From a virus (lineage: Duplodnaviria; Caudoviricetes): DNA of 64,000 nucleotides. The notes below the pieces were generated by a model that did no database searches, was not told the DNA's origin, and saw nothing but the letters and a program-made list of their open reading frames with translations. Of the stretch, positions 48,382 through 56,236 are shown piece by piece (the stretch's first letter is position 1; every line of letters begins with the position of its first letter). Where the stretch lies: the IMG/VR virus record IMGVR_UViG_3300031998_000005, one strand, 5' to 3'. A program made the translations under genes and the position numbers.

Positions 48382-48852
48382 TTAATCTGCTTGGAGAGCA
48401 TTGAAAGCGTTTTGTGCAAGGTCTATGGCTCGTTGAATTGCCTTCATACAACTATTCACATCCTTGGAGTAGGTGTGAGTAAGCGGGATGTAGTTCACAG
48501 GACGCTTGTAGTCGGCTGTTCTTGCGTCTACACTGATGGTCTGTGTTTTTTCGGCATATTCATTGAGTTCATAGTTTACAACGATACAACTACCGATTGC
48601 CAATTCAAATTTCTTAATGTAGATACGACGGTTCGGAGTGTCGTAGGTGTAAGGCATATTCAAGCGGACAAGGGCTTCAATGAAAACCTTGTCGCTCGGA
48701 CCTAATGTCTTGAAATGCGTTTCAATTTCTTCAATGTGACTGCTCACTTTGAGATTCGCTGCATCCCTTTCAAGGTCATCGGCAGTGTAGAGGGCTTCGG
48801 ACTTTTTCTTCTTAAGCGATTCAATCTTTTTCTGCATAGAGCATTTAGCCAT
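48382..48852 (-). CDS. Protein with CSMQKK leader
   Basis: MAKCSMQKKIESLKKKKSEA; GGAGG SD. Confidence 0.7.
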   Translation of the reverse strand: MAKCSMQKKIESLKKKKSEALYTADDLERDAANLKVSSHIEEIETHFKTLGPSDKVFIEALVRLNMPYTYDTPNRRIYIKKFELAIGSCIVVNYELNEYAEKTQTISVDARTADYKRPVNYIPLTHTYSKDVNSCMKAIQRAIDLAQNAFNALQAD

Positions 48853-48864
48853 AACAAGCCCTCC

Positions 48865-49851
48865 TTAAATGTCGGTCATACCCTTCTTGGCGATTTCAAT
48901 GCCTGTCTTTCCCTGTTCGCCAGGAACTTCCGTCTGTGGCATCACATCACGGGTCGGGGCATTCTTGATAGGCTTGTTGGACTTGTTCATAAGACCCGAA
49001 TTTGCAAGAATGGCATTCTTGATGTCGTTCTTGTCAATTTCGCTGTTGTAGTATTCACGGTAAGCATTCACCATACCTTCCTTGATATTCTCGTCAAGGT
49101 AGTCTTTGAGTTTCGGGGCACCGCTTTCAGCCATCCAATCAAAGATGTTGTAACCCGACTCAACTGTGCTGGAAGGCATTTCGCCATCGTTGGCAACGGC
49201 AATAGCACCTTGGAAATCTCGGAGCATATCTGCGGGGTCTTGGGCGGTGTTGCCTGCCGAGTTCTTGAACACAAGGCAAGAAATCTTGCAGTTCGGGTTG
49301 AGCAGGAAAATCTGCGACCATCTGTGATGCCCGTCTACAATGTAATATGTGCCGTTGTAGTCATATACGACCACGGGTGCCTTGATGGTGACAGGACCAT
49401 TTTCAAGAATCTGCTTGATTTGGGTCGGGTTCTGTCCACTGCACTGATAACCCAAGGATTTCTTCACGTCAATTTCGTTCTGCGTGGGGTGCAGGTCCTT
49501 TGCAGAAATATCCATAACTTCGGTGTTCATCTTGGTAGCCTTTTCGCCATCACCGAAACCCATTTCAAGTAAGTCAAGTTGTTCATCGGTAAGTCCGTCA
49601 AGAGCATCTACAAGATTACCCATATCGGACTTGGACTTCAAGTCCTTAATTTCCTTGTCAAAATCGGCATCGTCATCTTCGTAGATACCTTCAAGGGCTT
49701 CGTTGTAGCCTTTCTTGTAGGTAAGGAACGCAGCACGGGACGAGAACGACTCTTGGGTCTTCATCGGGGCATACTTTCTGCCGTCCTTGTTCCCCATAGA
49801 GTAGTAGGATTCTTTCTTCTTGTTTTCTTTGATTTTGATTGTCAAACCCAT
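48865..49851 (-). CDS. ParB/Srx-like domain protein with leader variant
   Basis: Likely start MGLTIKIKENKKKES at 49851; LHPTQNEI, IVDGHHRW. Confidence 0.8.
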   Translation of the reverse strand: MGLTIKIKENKKKESYYSMGNKDGRKYAPMKTQESFSSRAAFLTYKKGYNEALEGIYEDDDADFDKEIKDLKSKSDMGNLVDALDGLTDEQLDLLEMGFGDGEKATKMNTEVMDISAKDLHPTQNEIDVKKSLGYQCSGQNPTQIKQILENGPVTIKAPVVVYDYNGTYYIVDGHHRWSQIFLLNPNCKISCLVFKNSAGNTAQDPADMLRDFQGAIAVANDGEMPSSTVESGYNIFDWMAESGAPKLKDYLDENIKEGMVNAYREYYNSEIDKNDIKNAILANSGLMNKSNKPIKNAPTRDVMPQTEVPGEQGKTGIEIAKKGMTDI

Positions 49852-49869
49852 AGTGGTAATCCTCACTGG

Positions 49870-50175
49870 TTAATAAACACTCGTAATGTTTTCAAGGGCG
49901 GTTTCAACATCGTTAGCCATCTTGACCGAAGCACCTTCGGGGAGAGATTGCATAACAAAGTCTTTCCAATCTTCTACGTTAGTGATACCCCTAAACTGAC
50001 CTTCTTCAAGATAATCGCTAGTTTCCTGCATAGCGATAGACAATTCTTCCAAGTTAAGTCCAAGGTCGGAGGGAACTCCCAATCCTTTTTCCTTGCGGTA
50101 TCTATAGTCGTTTAAGATATAGTTAAGGGTCTTGATGTTGGATTCCAACATAAATTTGGCTTCTTGAAAATCCAT
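49870..50175 (-). CDS. Small acidic protein
   Basis: MDFQEAKFMLES; AAGGA SD. Confidence 0.65.
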   Translation of the reverse strand: MDFQEAKFMLESNIKTLNYILNDYRYRKEKGLGVPSDLGLNLEELSIAMQETSDYLEEGQFRGITNVEDWKDFVMQSLPEGASVKMANDVETALENITSVY

Positions 50176-50235
50176 ACTAATCGTTCCTTTACAAAGGTGG
50201 ATTGGTTATACATATCCTAAAATAACAATTTGACC

Positions 50236-50820
50236 CTAGACGTGCAACACCAAGTCCAGGTAAATGAGCGATTCTTCGTTCTCTTTCTTGGCGTTCGGGT
50301 TTCTCAAAGTCCTAATGTTCTTCACGAAATAGGACAAATCTTCATCCCCGTAGTGGACGAGCAACTTGGAATGTAATACAATATCGCCTGGGCAGTAGTT
50401 CCTGTGTCCATTGGTATTCTTTAAGGTATAAGCCGTATTTTCTTCGTCAAGGAACATTTCTGTTCCACGGATTACGGGCTGTTCCTGCGGGTCAAGGAAC
50501 GCTATGCGGGCGATAAAGTCGGGTTCTTCGTTATACCTGTATTCGTGGTCTTTGTCGTTGTAAACCGACCCTGTGCGGTCTTCTTCGTTGTAATCGCCCA
50601 TAAAGGGCATACCGCTGTAAATGGATTGGTCGCCACGGTCCTCAATCGGGTAGTCGGGCGTTCCTTCGGAAGCCACAGGCAGATACACTTCGGCATTAAG
50701 TCCGATGATAGAAATAGCGTGTTTCAAGGCGACATACACGTGTAGGTCGGCTATGTTGGTAATCACGTTTTGGGCGTGTTTACCTTTCAAGTATTCCATA
50801 TCATCTAAAGATTGGGGCAT
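50236..50820 (-). CDS. Putative head-completion/structural protein
   Basis: 194 aa; HAISIIGLNAEVYLP weakly gp14-like. Confidence 0.35.
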   Translation of the reverse strand: MPQSLDDMEYLKGKHAQNVITNIADLHVYVALKHAISIIGLNAEVYLPVASEGTPDYPIEDRGDQSIYSGMPFMGDYNEEDRTGSVYNDKDHEYRYNEEPDFIARIAFLDPQEQPVIRGTEMFLDEENTAYTLKNTNGHRNYCPGDIVLHSKLLVHYGDEDLSYFVKNIRTLRNPNAKKENEESLIYLDLVLHV

Positions 50821-51044
50821 AATTCCTCTTTGCGGATAATCTTACCTTTCCAATTCGGTCCCATCTTGTGAGCCTGTTCGGTGTCCGAACAATAACTGCA
50901 TACTGCTCGTCCACCGATGAACCTGTATGTCTTACGCTCGTGGCAAATGCAACAGGTTTCCTTTGTCCCCGCAGTATGTCTTTTGCGGTGGAGCGGGGGT
51001 AGTCCGTCAATCGTTATCGGCTTTGGGTATTCTTCGTATATCAA
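50805..51044 (-). CDS. Small Zn-finger protein
   Basis: CCIC...CSYC. Confidence 0.55.
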   Translation of the reverse strand: MIYEEYPKPITIDGLPPLHRKRHTAGTKETCCICHERKTYRFIGGRAVCSYCSDTEQAHKMGPNWKGKIIRKEELCPNL

Positions 51045-51047
51045 GAA

Positions 51048-51365
51048 TTAGCCCTCGCAATACCGATTGAAGATTTCTTCTAACTTGTGGAACACGTCCA
51101 AATCGCAGTGCCAATCAAAGGTAGAGTCGGCATCCCACGTGCGAATTTTGAAACTGCCCCCGTTGTAAGCCAACTCATAGGAACACACAAATTCTCCGAC
51201 ACCCTTTACGTTGATGACAAGTTGTTGCACCCCATATTTGGTCGGTTCGCTGTATGCCTGCATCTTGAAATCACTGCCACCAAGAGCCTGCTTGAACTCG
51301 GACATCATAGCGTTCAAGTCCACATCGCCCTTCTTTTCGTGAACACGGATTTTCATATTAGTCAT
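51048..51365 (-). CDS. Protein with KIRVHE leader
   Basis: MTNMKIRVHEKK; GGAG SD. Confidence 0.7.
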   Translation of the reverse strand: MTNMKIRVHEKKGDVDLNAMMSEFKQALGGSDFKMQAYSEPTKYGVQQLVINVKGVGEFVCSYELAYNGGSFKIRTWDADSTFDWHCDLDVFHKLEEIFNRYCEG

Positions 51366-51394
51366 AGTAAATCTCCAAGTGGTGTCCTATCCGA

Positions 51395-51730
51395 TTAGTA
51401 GGTAATGTGGATAAGGTTTTGGAGTTTCTTCAACAGGTAATCCCTGTATTCGGGAGTATGCCCCGTTTCTTCATTCAGCCAACCATCCTGCTTGGTCTTG
51501 AAGAAATAGGTGTCCCATTCATCCGTGCCTGCGTGGAAACTGATGGGCGTGACCTTGCTTTCTTCCAACTTGAAGTAATAGGTGCAGTCATCGCTTTTCC
51601 CATCTTCATCAAGCATATAGTATGCGAAAATTCCTGGATAGGCAGGGTTCATTTCAACGATACCATCCTTTCCGTAGAAAAGGGTGGTTTCGCTTACAGA
51701 CTCGTGGAGTTTGATTTTCATTTTAGACAT
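51395..51730 (-). CDS. Protein with KIKLHE leader
   Basis: MSKMKIKLHES at 51730; AGGAG SD. Confidence 0.7.
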   Translation of the reverse strand: MSKMKIKLHESVSETTLFYGKDGIVEMNPAYPGIFAYYMLDEDGKSDDCTYYFKLEESKVTPISFHAGTDEWDTYFFKTKQDGWLNEETGHTPEYRDYLLKKLQNLIHITY

Positions 51731-51740
51731 AGTGTTGCTC

Positions 51741-52397
51741 CTAGTAAATTTCAACTGTCATATCGTAGCGGTCAAACGGGGCTTCCTTTGTTCCCGCAGC
51801 GAAACACTTGATTCTGCCGAACAATTCATAGCCTTCGGGGGTGCTGGCTGAAAAGTCATAGGTCTTGGTATTTCCGTTATATCCCCCCGTGCGGTTGTCT
51901 GCCCACATTTCAAATTTGACTTTCGGGAAAGCGTCTTTGAGAGCATCACGGATTTTCCAAACAGCACTCCAATCGGTATCGTGGAAGAAACCCTTGGAAA
52001 GCGGATTCACAATACGTTGCATTTCTGTGCGATACTCGTTTCGGGTGTGCTTGTCCGCATCAGCATCCCACTTTTCGTGAACCTTGATTTTCAATTTACT
52101 TTCCATTTTCTTCTCTCCGATGGCATACAGGCTGTAAATCCTAGACCCTGCGGTGTAGAACTTTTTGCCCCATACACGAACACCCGAACCAACGTAGGTA
52201 GTGCTGTCATTCAAGACCACTACCCCCTGTCCTGTTTGGTCATCGGTGTCCAAAGCACGGATAGGCTTGTTGAACGTATATGCGTGTTGCCAAGCGGTCA
52301 TAGGACCGAACGGCTTTTTAGACCACAGCAGTTCGCAGGGGTTCTTCGGGTTTACCCGATAGGTAATGCCGTATTTTGGAACGTATAGTGTCTGCAT
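51741..52397 (-). CDS. Two-module protein with internal KIKVHE motif
   Basis: Internal MESKLKIKVHEK at about residue 98. Confidence 0.65.
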   Translation of the reverse strand: MQTLYVPKYGITYRVNPKNPCELLWSKKPFGPMTAWQHAYTFNKPIRALDTDDQTGQGVVVLNDSTTYVGSGVRVWGKKFYTAGSRIYSLYAIGEKKMESKLKIKVHEKWDADADKHTRNEYRTEMQRIVNPLSKGFFHDTDWSAVWKIRDALKDAFPKVKFEMWADNRTGGYNGNTKTYDFSASTPEGYELFGRIKCFAAGTKEAPFDRYDMTVEIY

Positions 52398-52399
52398 AA

Positions 52400-53170
52400 C
52401 TAATGGGTGTCAATCCACTTGCGGATGTCATCAAAGGTTTCAAGCCCTACGTTTTGAGTGCCGATGGTCACGTCATAGTAGTTGGGGTCAAACAACTTTT
52501 CAGTAGTCGCCCATTCTTCCTGCGTAGGCATATCTACACCCGCAGTGTAATCCTGGGTGTCCTTTTGATACGGAATACCCAAGCAGATTTCAGTGAACAT
52601 ATTGTCCTTGCTAATCTTGCCATTTTTAATAGATGACCTAATGGCTTCTTGCCATTCGTCAATTTGGCTGTCCACCGAAACATTACTTTTCTTTCCACCG
52701 ATTTCCATAAGATTGCCGTCTGCGTCATAGATTTCGGGGTAAGCCTTGCCACCGTCGTAGTAGCAGACGTAATCGGGGTTGCTATCCACGATACTTTCAA
52801 CCTTGTATGCGAGTTCGGTCAAGAGGTCAAGGATTTCGTCATCGCTCGCAGATTCGGATTTCTTGCTTTCAAACTCGTAGTTGAACAACAGGTCTTCCAC
52901 TTCTTTCGGGGCGACAATTTTTTCAATCTTGTTGTTCGGAAACCACTCACGGACAATCTTTTCAATCTTTTCGGGGGTCATCTTGTTAATTTCATCGCCC
53001 TCGCATTCCACGTAGATGGTGTCGCCAAGGACGGCTGTATTAACAAACGGTCCCCAACCATCACGGAGATAGTATTCTTCATCGGAAGCGGTGTCTGCGT
53101 CATCGCACTTGATAGCCCATACTTGCATAGAGCCGTGGGATTCGTGAACCTTGATTTTCATTTTGGACAT
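52400..53170 (-). CDS. Two-module protein with KIKVHE leader
   Basis: MSKMKIKVHES; internal FESKKSES. Confidence 0.7.
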   Translation of the reverse strand: MSKMKIKVHESHGSMQVWAIKCDDADTASDEEYYLRDGWGPFVNTAVLGDTIYVECEGDEINKMTPEKIEKIVREWFPNNKIEKIVAPKEVEDLLFNYEFESKKSESASDDEILDLLTELAYKVESIVDSNPDYVCYYDGGKAYPEIYDADGNLMEIGGKKSNVSVDSQIDEWQEAIRSSIKNGKISKDNMFTEICLGIPYQKDTQDYTAGVDMPTQEEWATTEKLFDPNYYDVTIGTQNVGLETFDDIRKWIDTH

Positions 53171-53190
53171 AGTGTTATCCCCTGTAAAAA

Positions 53191-53568
53191 TTAGTAGATG
53201 GCTGCAATCTTACCATCTTCAATGAGAATGCCGTGTTCATCGGAATCGGCTTGGTTAGCATCAGTATCGTTGTAATACACTTCAAGGTCTCCCGCACGGA
53301 TTATTTCGGGGATGCTCTCAATTTCCTTGGTAATGGCTTCCAAAGAGAAGTCAATATCCCAATCGTTCCAATCACGGTCGCCACAATGATACCCATTGCG
53401 GATGTCATAACCGCCCGAAGGGGGGTTCTTGCTATCAAACGGGTCGTTCTTGATGTTGTTGTTGAGTTCATCCCAAGCGTTCTTGAGTTCCCCATAAGTG
53501 ATTTTCTGCACACCGATAAAGTCGGTGTCAGTGTGGGATTCGTGCAGGGTAATCTTCATATTAGACAT
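53191..53568 (-). CDS. Acidic protein with KITLHE leader
   Basis: MSNMKITLHES at 53568; GGAG SD. Confidence 0.7.
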   Translation of the reverse strand: MSNMKITLHESHTDTDFIGVQKITYGELKNAWDELNNNIKNDPFDSKNPPSGGYDIRNGYHCGDRDWNDWDIDFSLEAITKEIESIPEIIRAGDLEVYYNDTDANQADSDEHGILIEDGKIAAIY

Positions 53569-53582
53569 ACAGGTATCTCCCA

Positions 53583-53870
53583 TTAGCGGTAGTATGTAAG
53601 ACTATCCACATTGTTTCTTACAGCAATATCTTCAGCCGTTCCCTTAAAGTAGTGGACGGCATCATACAGGTTCGTTTCTTGGTTGTCAAGTATCATACCA
53701 TCCATATCAAAAAGGGTCGTTACAAACTCCCTACTACCATTTTCGGGGGATTGGATGATTACAACTATCCTGTCGTGTCCAAGAGCGTAGTCCAAGGAAT
53801 GTTCCACAAGGGTTTCCAGGGAATCGGGGATTTTGTTGGATTCGTGAACCTTGATTTTCATATTGGACAT
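53583..53870 (-). CDS. Protein with KIKVHE leader
   Basis: MSNMKIKVHES at 53870; GAGG SD. Confidence 0.7.
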   Translation of the reverse strand: MSNMKIKVHESNKIPDSLETLVEHSLDYALGHDRIVVIIQSPENGSREFVTTLFDMDGMILDNQETNLYDAVHYFKGTAEDIAVRNNVDSLTYYR

Positions 53871-53919
53871 AAAATGCCTCATTTGGTTATACATTTCCTA
53901 ATATAACTAATTTGCCGAC

Positions 53920-54132
53920 CTAGCGGGAAATCCAATCTTCAAATCTTGCGTCACTTTCATCTTCTAGTGATTGCAAGATTTCCAAGTCCATAACACGCAG
54001 TTCACCACAATGGGCTTCAACTGCCGTCCGTGCGACTGCATACAGGGTGTTGATGTAGAGTTTCTGCTTTTCTTCGGGGAGCATTGCAAGCATTCCCGAA
54101 ATGTCGGTCAGTGGTGGTTGTCTATCGGTCAT
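53920..54132 (-). CDS. 70 aa helical protein on a leaderless transcript
   Basis: ATG at 54132, 6 nt after the -10 box. Confidence 0.6.
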   Translation of the reverse strand: MTDRQPPLTDISGMLAMLPEEKQKLYINTLYAVARTAVEAHCGELRVMDLEILQSLEDESDARFEDWISR

Positions 54133-54138
54133 ACGCTG

Positions 54139-54167
54139 AATATAATAAATTATCAACCCATTGTCAA
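54139..54167 (-). promoter_or_regulatory. Sigma70-type promoter, leftward
   Basis: TTGACA-17-TATATT. Confidence 0.8.
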
Positions 54168-54216
54168 TACCAATTATTAAATTTTTATAAGTAAAACAAA
54201 GTTTACATACCTGTGA

Positions 54217-54270
54217 TTGACATAGATTAGGTATTTTGTTATATTTCAAGCAGACCACTTTAACCGAGGA
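54217..54270 (+). promoter_or_regulatory. Sigma70-type promoter, rightward, with conserved leader
   Basis: TTGACA-17-TATATT then CAGACCACTTTAACCGAGGA. Confidence 0.85.
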
Positions 54271-54278
54271 ATAGATAA

Positions 54279-54665
54279 ATGGAACACGTAGTCTGCCCGT
54301 TCGTGGGGTATTATCCCGATTTCAAGCACCCGTTCTCCGTTGCCAACTCGCATAACACTGCCCGTCAATACCTTATGGATGACCGCAGGGAGAAGAATAT
54401 CATCGTCAAGGGGCTTCCCGAATGTTTCGGGTTCGTTATCAAGTCCGATGACGGCTCTATCCGATATGCCGACCGACAGGAAGCATTCGCTGTCGCCAAG
54501 GCTGCGGGGCAACTTAAAGAAGATTACACGACTACCACTTGCCTTGAATCCTATATGATTGGCAAGTATGATGGCAAGGAAATGTCCTCTCTTTGGCAGT
54601 TGGCTGAAAAGGTCAGCACTGCCTTTACAGGACATACGATAGACTCCGATATTGAAATTGGATAG
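54279..54665 (+). CDS. Conserved-looking early phage hypothetical protein
   Basis: GF...RYADRQEAFAVAKAAGQL...LES pattern. Confidence 0.65.
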   Translation: MEHVVCPFVGYYPDFKHPFSVANSHNTARQYLMDDRREKNIIVKGLPECFGFVIKSDDGSIRYADRQEAFAVAKAAGQLKEDYTTTTCLESYMIGKYDGKEMSSLWQLAEKVSTAFTGHTIDSDIEIG

Positions 54666-54720
54666 TATGTTGCTATATAGGTAATGTGAAGGATGATTTT
54701 TTTAATCCAGGTGGTATTTA

Positions 54721-55311
54721 ATGGTTAAGGCTAGACTTACCCGAAAGAAACCAAAGCAAGCCCCGTCCAAGACGGAGCAGAAGAAAGTATCTGCGGAGCA
54801 GTTGCTTTCCGATGAAGTGCCGAAAGTTCTCTCCCGCTACAAGGGCAATAAATACAATATCTCCAAGGCAAGCAAGTTGGTAAAGGACTTGCAGGCGGTT
54901 ATCGTCCGTGCCTGTTGCATTGAACCGACTTGGCAGAAGCGGGTAGCGGAAATCCACTATCAACTTATGGGCAAGACCCTGCTCGTTCCGCTCCCGACGG
55001 TTGCCCGAAATGACGGGTTTATGTTCGTGTCTGCCGTAGGAATTTTGGATAATCAGCAACACGATACCTTGTGCATTGACGGAATTTTTGCTAAACTTGG
55101 CGAAGACGGCAGTATTTCGTATGTTCGCCCTGCCACTTGGTATTTCCCCTTACGGTCCACCTGTGTCCGTGACGAGAAAATGCGAGTGTTCCTTGCACGA
55201 GAACATCAGTATATCGCCTATCCGATTCTTACCGATGCTGAAAGCAAGGCGGCGAAAAGGTTGGCGAAGATGGTTCTTGTGAAGATTGACAAACGTTTGG
55301 ACGAATTTTAA
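54721..55311 (+). CDS. Basic hypothetical protein
   Basis: 196 aa, preceded by TGCTATAT box. Confidence 0.6.
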   Translation: MVKARLTRKKPKQAPSKTEQKKVSAEQLLSDEVPKVLSRYKGNKYNISKASKLVKDLQAVIVRACCIEPTWQKRVAEIHYQLMGKTLLVPLPTVARNDGFMFVSAVGILDNQQHDTLCIDGIFAKLGEDGSISYVRPATWYFPLRSTCVRDEKMRVFLAREHQYIAYPILTDAESKAAKRLAKMVLVKIDKRLDEF

Positions 55312-55317
55312 TAATTT

Positions 55318-55398
55318 ACCCCGCCCCCTAATTTTCTCCTACTATCCTCGGTCGTGGTTGTCTGTGAACGGTATGGAGTGGGGGCGGGGTTTCTTTTT
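55318..55398 (+). terminator. Long hairpin/terminator with large structured loop
   Basis: ACCCCGCCCCC...GGGGGCGGGGT then TTCTTTTT. Confidence 0.6.
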
Positions 55399-55415
55399 AT
55401 CAACCGAGAAACCTT

Positions 55416-55703
55416 ATGCGATTATACCGAGTTTGTTTAACTGATATTGACTATGATACCTATGACGCAGCCATCATCGGTTGCGAGTCCAAGCAGAAAT
55501 TGGAAGAACTGCTTGCAGATGGCGTATTTAACCGAGAAGACGCTAATGGGGTATATCGGGGCAACAGCCCCCGTGTGGAATATCAGTATAACTTTGAAAT
55601 CGGTAGATGGCAAAAGGTGGACACCATTGAAGCCATCGGGTTCAACGATTACGAATCCGATAAGGAAGCCGTGGTGTTCCTTTCAAGTTTTAACGCAGGA
55701 TAA
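55416..55703 (+). CDS. Hypothetical protein
   Basis: DYDTYDAAII...VFLSSFNAG, a common small phage protein pattern. Confidence 0.65.
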   Translation: MRLYRVCLTDIDYDTYDAAIIGCESKQKLEELLADGVFNREDANGVYRGNSPRVEYQYNFEIGRWQKVDTIEAIGFNDYESDKEAVVFLSSFNAG

Positions 55704-55706
55704 ATT

Positions 55707-55931
55707 ATGAAAACCGAATATAAAGTATTTATCAATATGAACCCGACCGGTCCTTTCGGGGAGAAATCTTGGTATTTTACCGATGAAGACCTTGCCATCC
55801 GATTCCTTACCTTGAAGAAGAAGGAATTGGGTATCTCCGATAGCACCCCTGTTAGGCGGGGTTCTTGTGGTATCGTTTCCATTGAAGTGATGGAAGCCGA
55901 AAGTGACTTTTACAAAAAGGAGTTAAGATAA
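55707..55931 (+). CDS. Hypothetical protein
   Basis: 74 aa, operonic. Confidence 0.55.
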   Translation: MKTEYKVFINMNPTGPFGEKSWYFTDEDLAIRFLTLKKKELGISDSTPVRRGSCGIVSIEVMEAESDFYKKELR

Positions 55932-56236
55932 TGCCGTTAGATATTACTATCCACACTCACGAAGACACCCCGCAGACTTATCGCAAGAAGCCTGTTGAAG
56001 TCCAGGCTATCAAGTGGACGGGCAAGAACTTTGATGCCGTCAAGGAATTTGCGGGCGATGACGTGGACTTGGATGGCGAGGAACTCGTCATCAAGACCCT
56101 TGAAGATGGTTCAAAGGGGCAGGCAAAGCACGTGGCGACCATTGGGGATTTTGTCATCCGTGGTGTCGCAGGCGAGTTCTATTTCTGCAAGCCGAAGATT
56201 TTTAAGGACACTTACGAACTTGTGGAGAACGCCTAA
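55931..56236 (+). CDS. PGDYG-type protein, candidate Acb4-like nucleotide sponge
   Basis: YRKKPVEVQAI, IKTLE, GDFVIRGVAGEFYFCKPKIFKDTYE; the link to Acb4 is from memory. Confidence 0.6.
   Translation: MPLDITIHTHEDTPQTYRKKPVEVQAIKWTGKNFDAVKEFAGDDVDLDGEELVIKTLEDGSKGQAKHVATIGDFVIRGVAGEFYFCKPKIFKDTYELVENA

Noticed and set aside
51048-53870. Regularly spaced ~30 bp repeats considered as a CRISPR array or integron attC sites
   Set aside because: Repeats encode the leader peptide, spacing is gene-sized and irregular, they are not palindromic, and no cas or integrase gene is present
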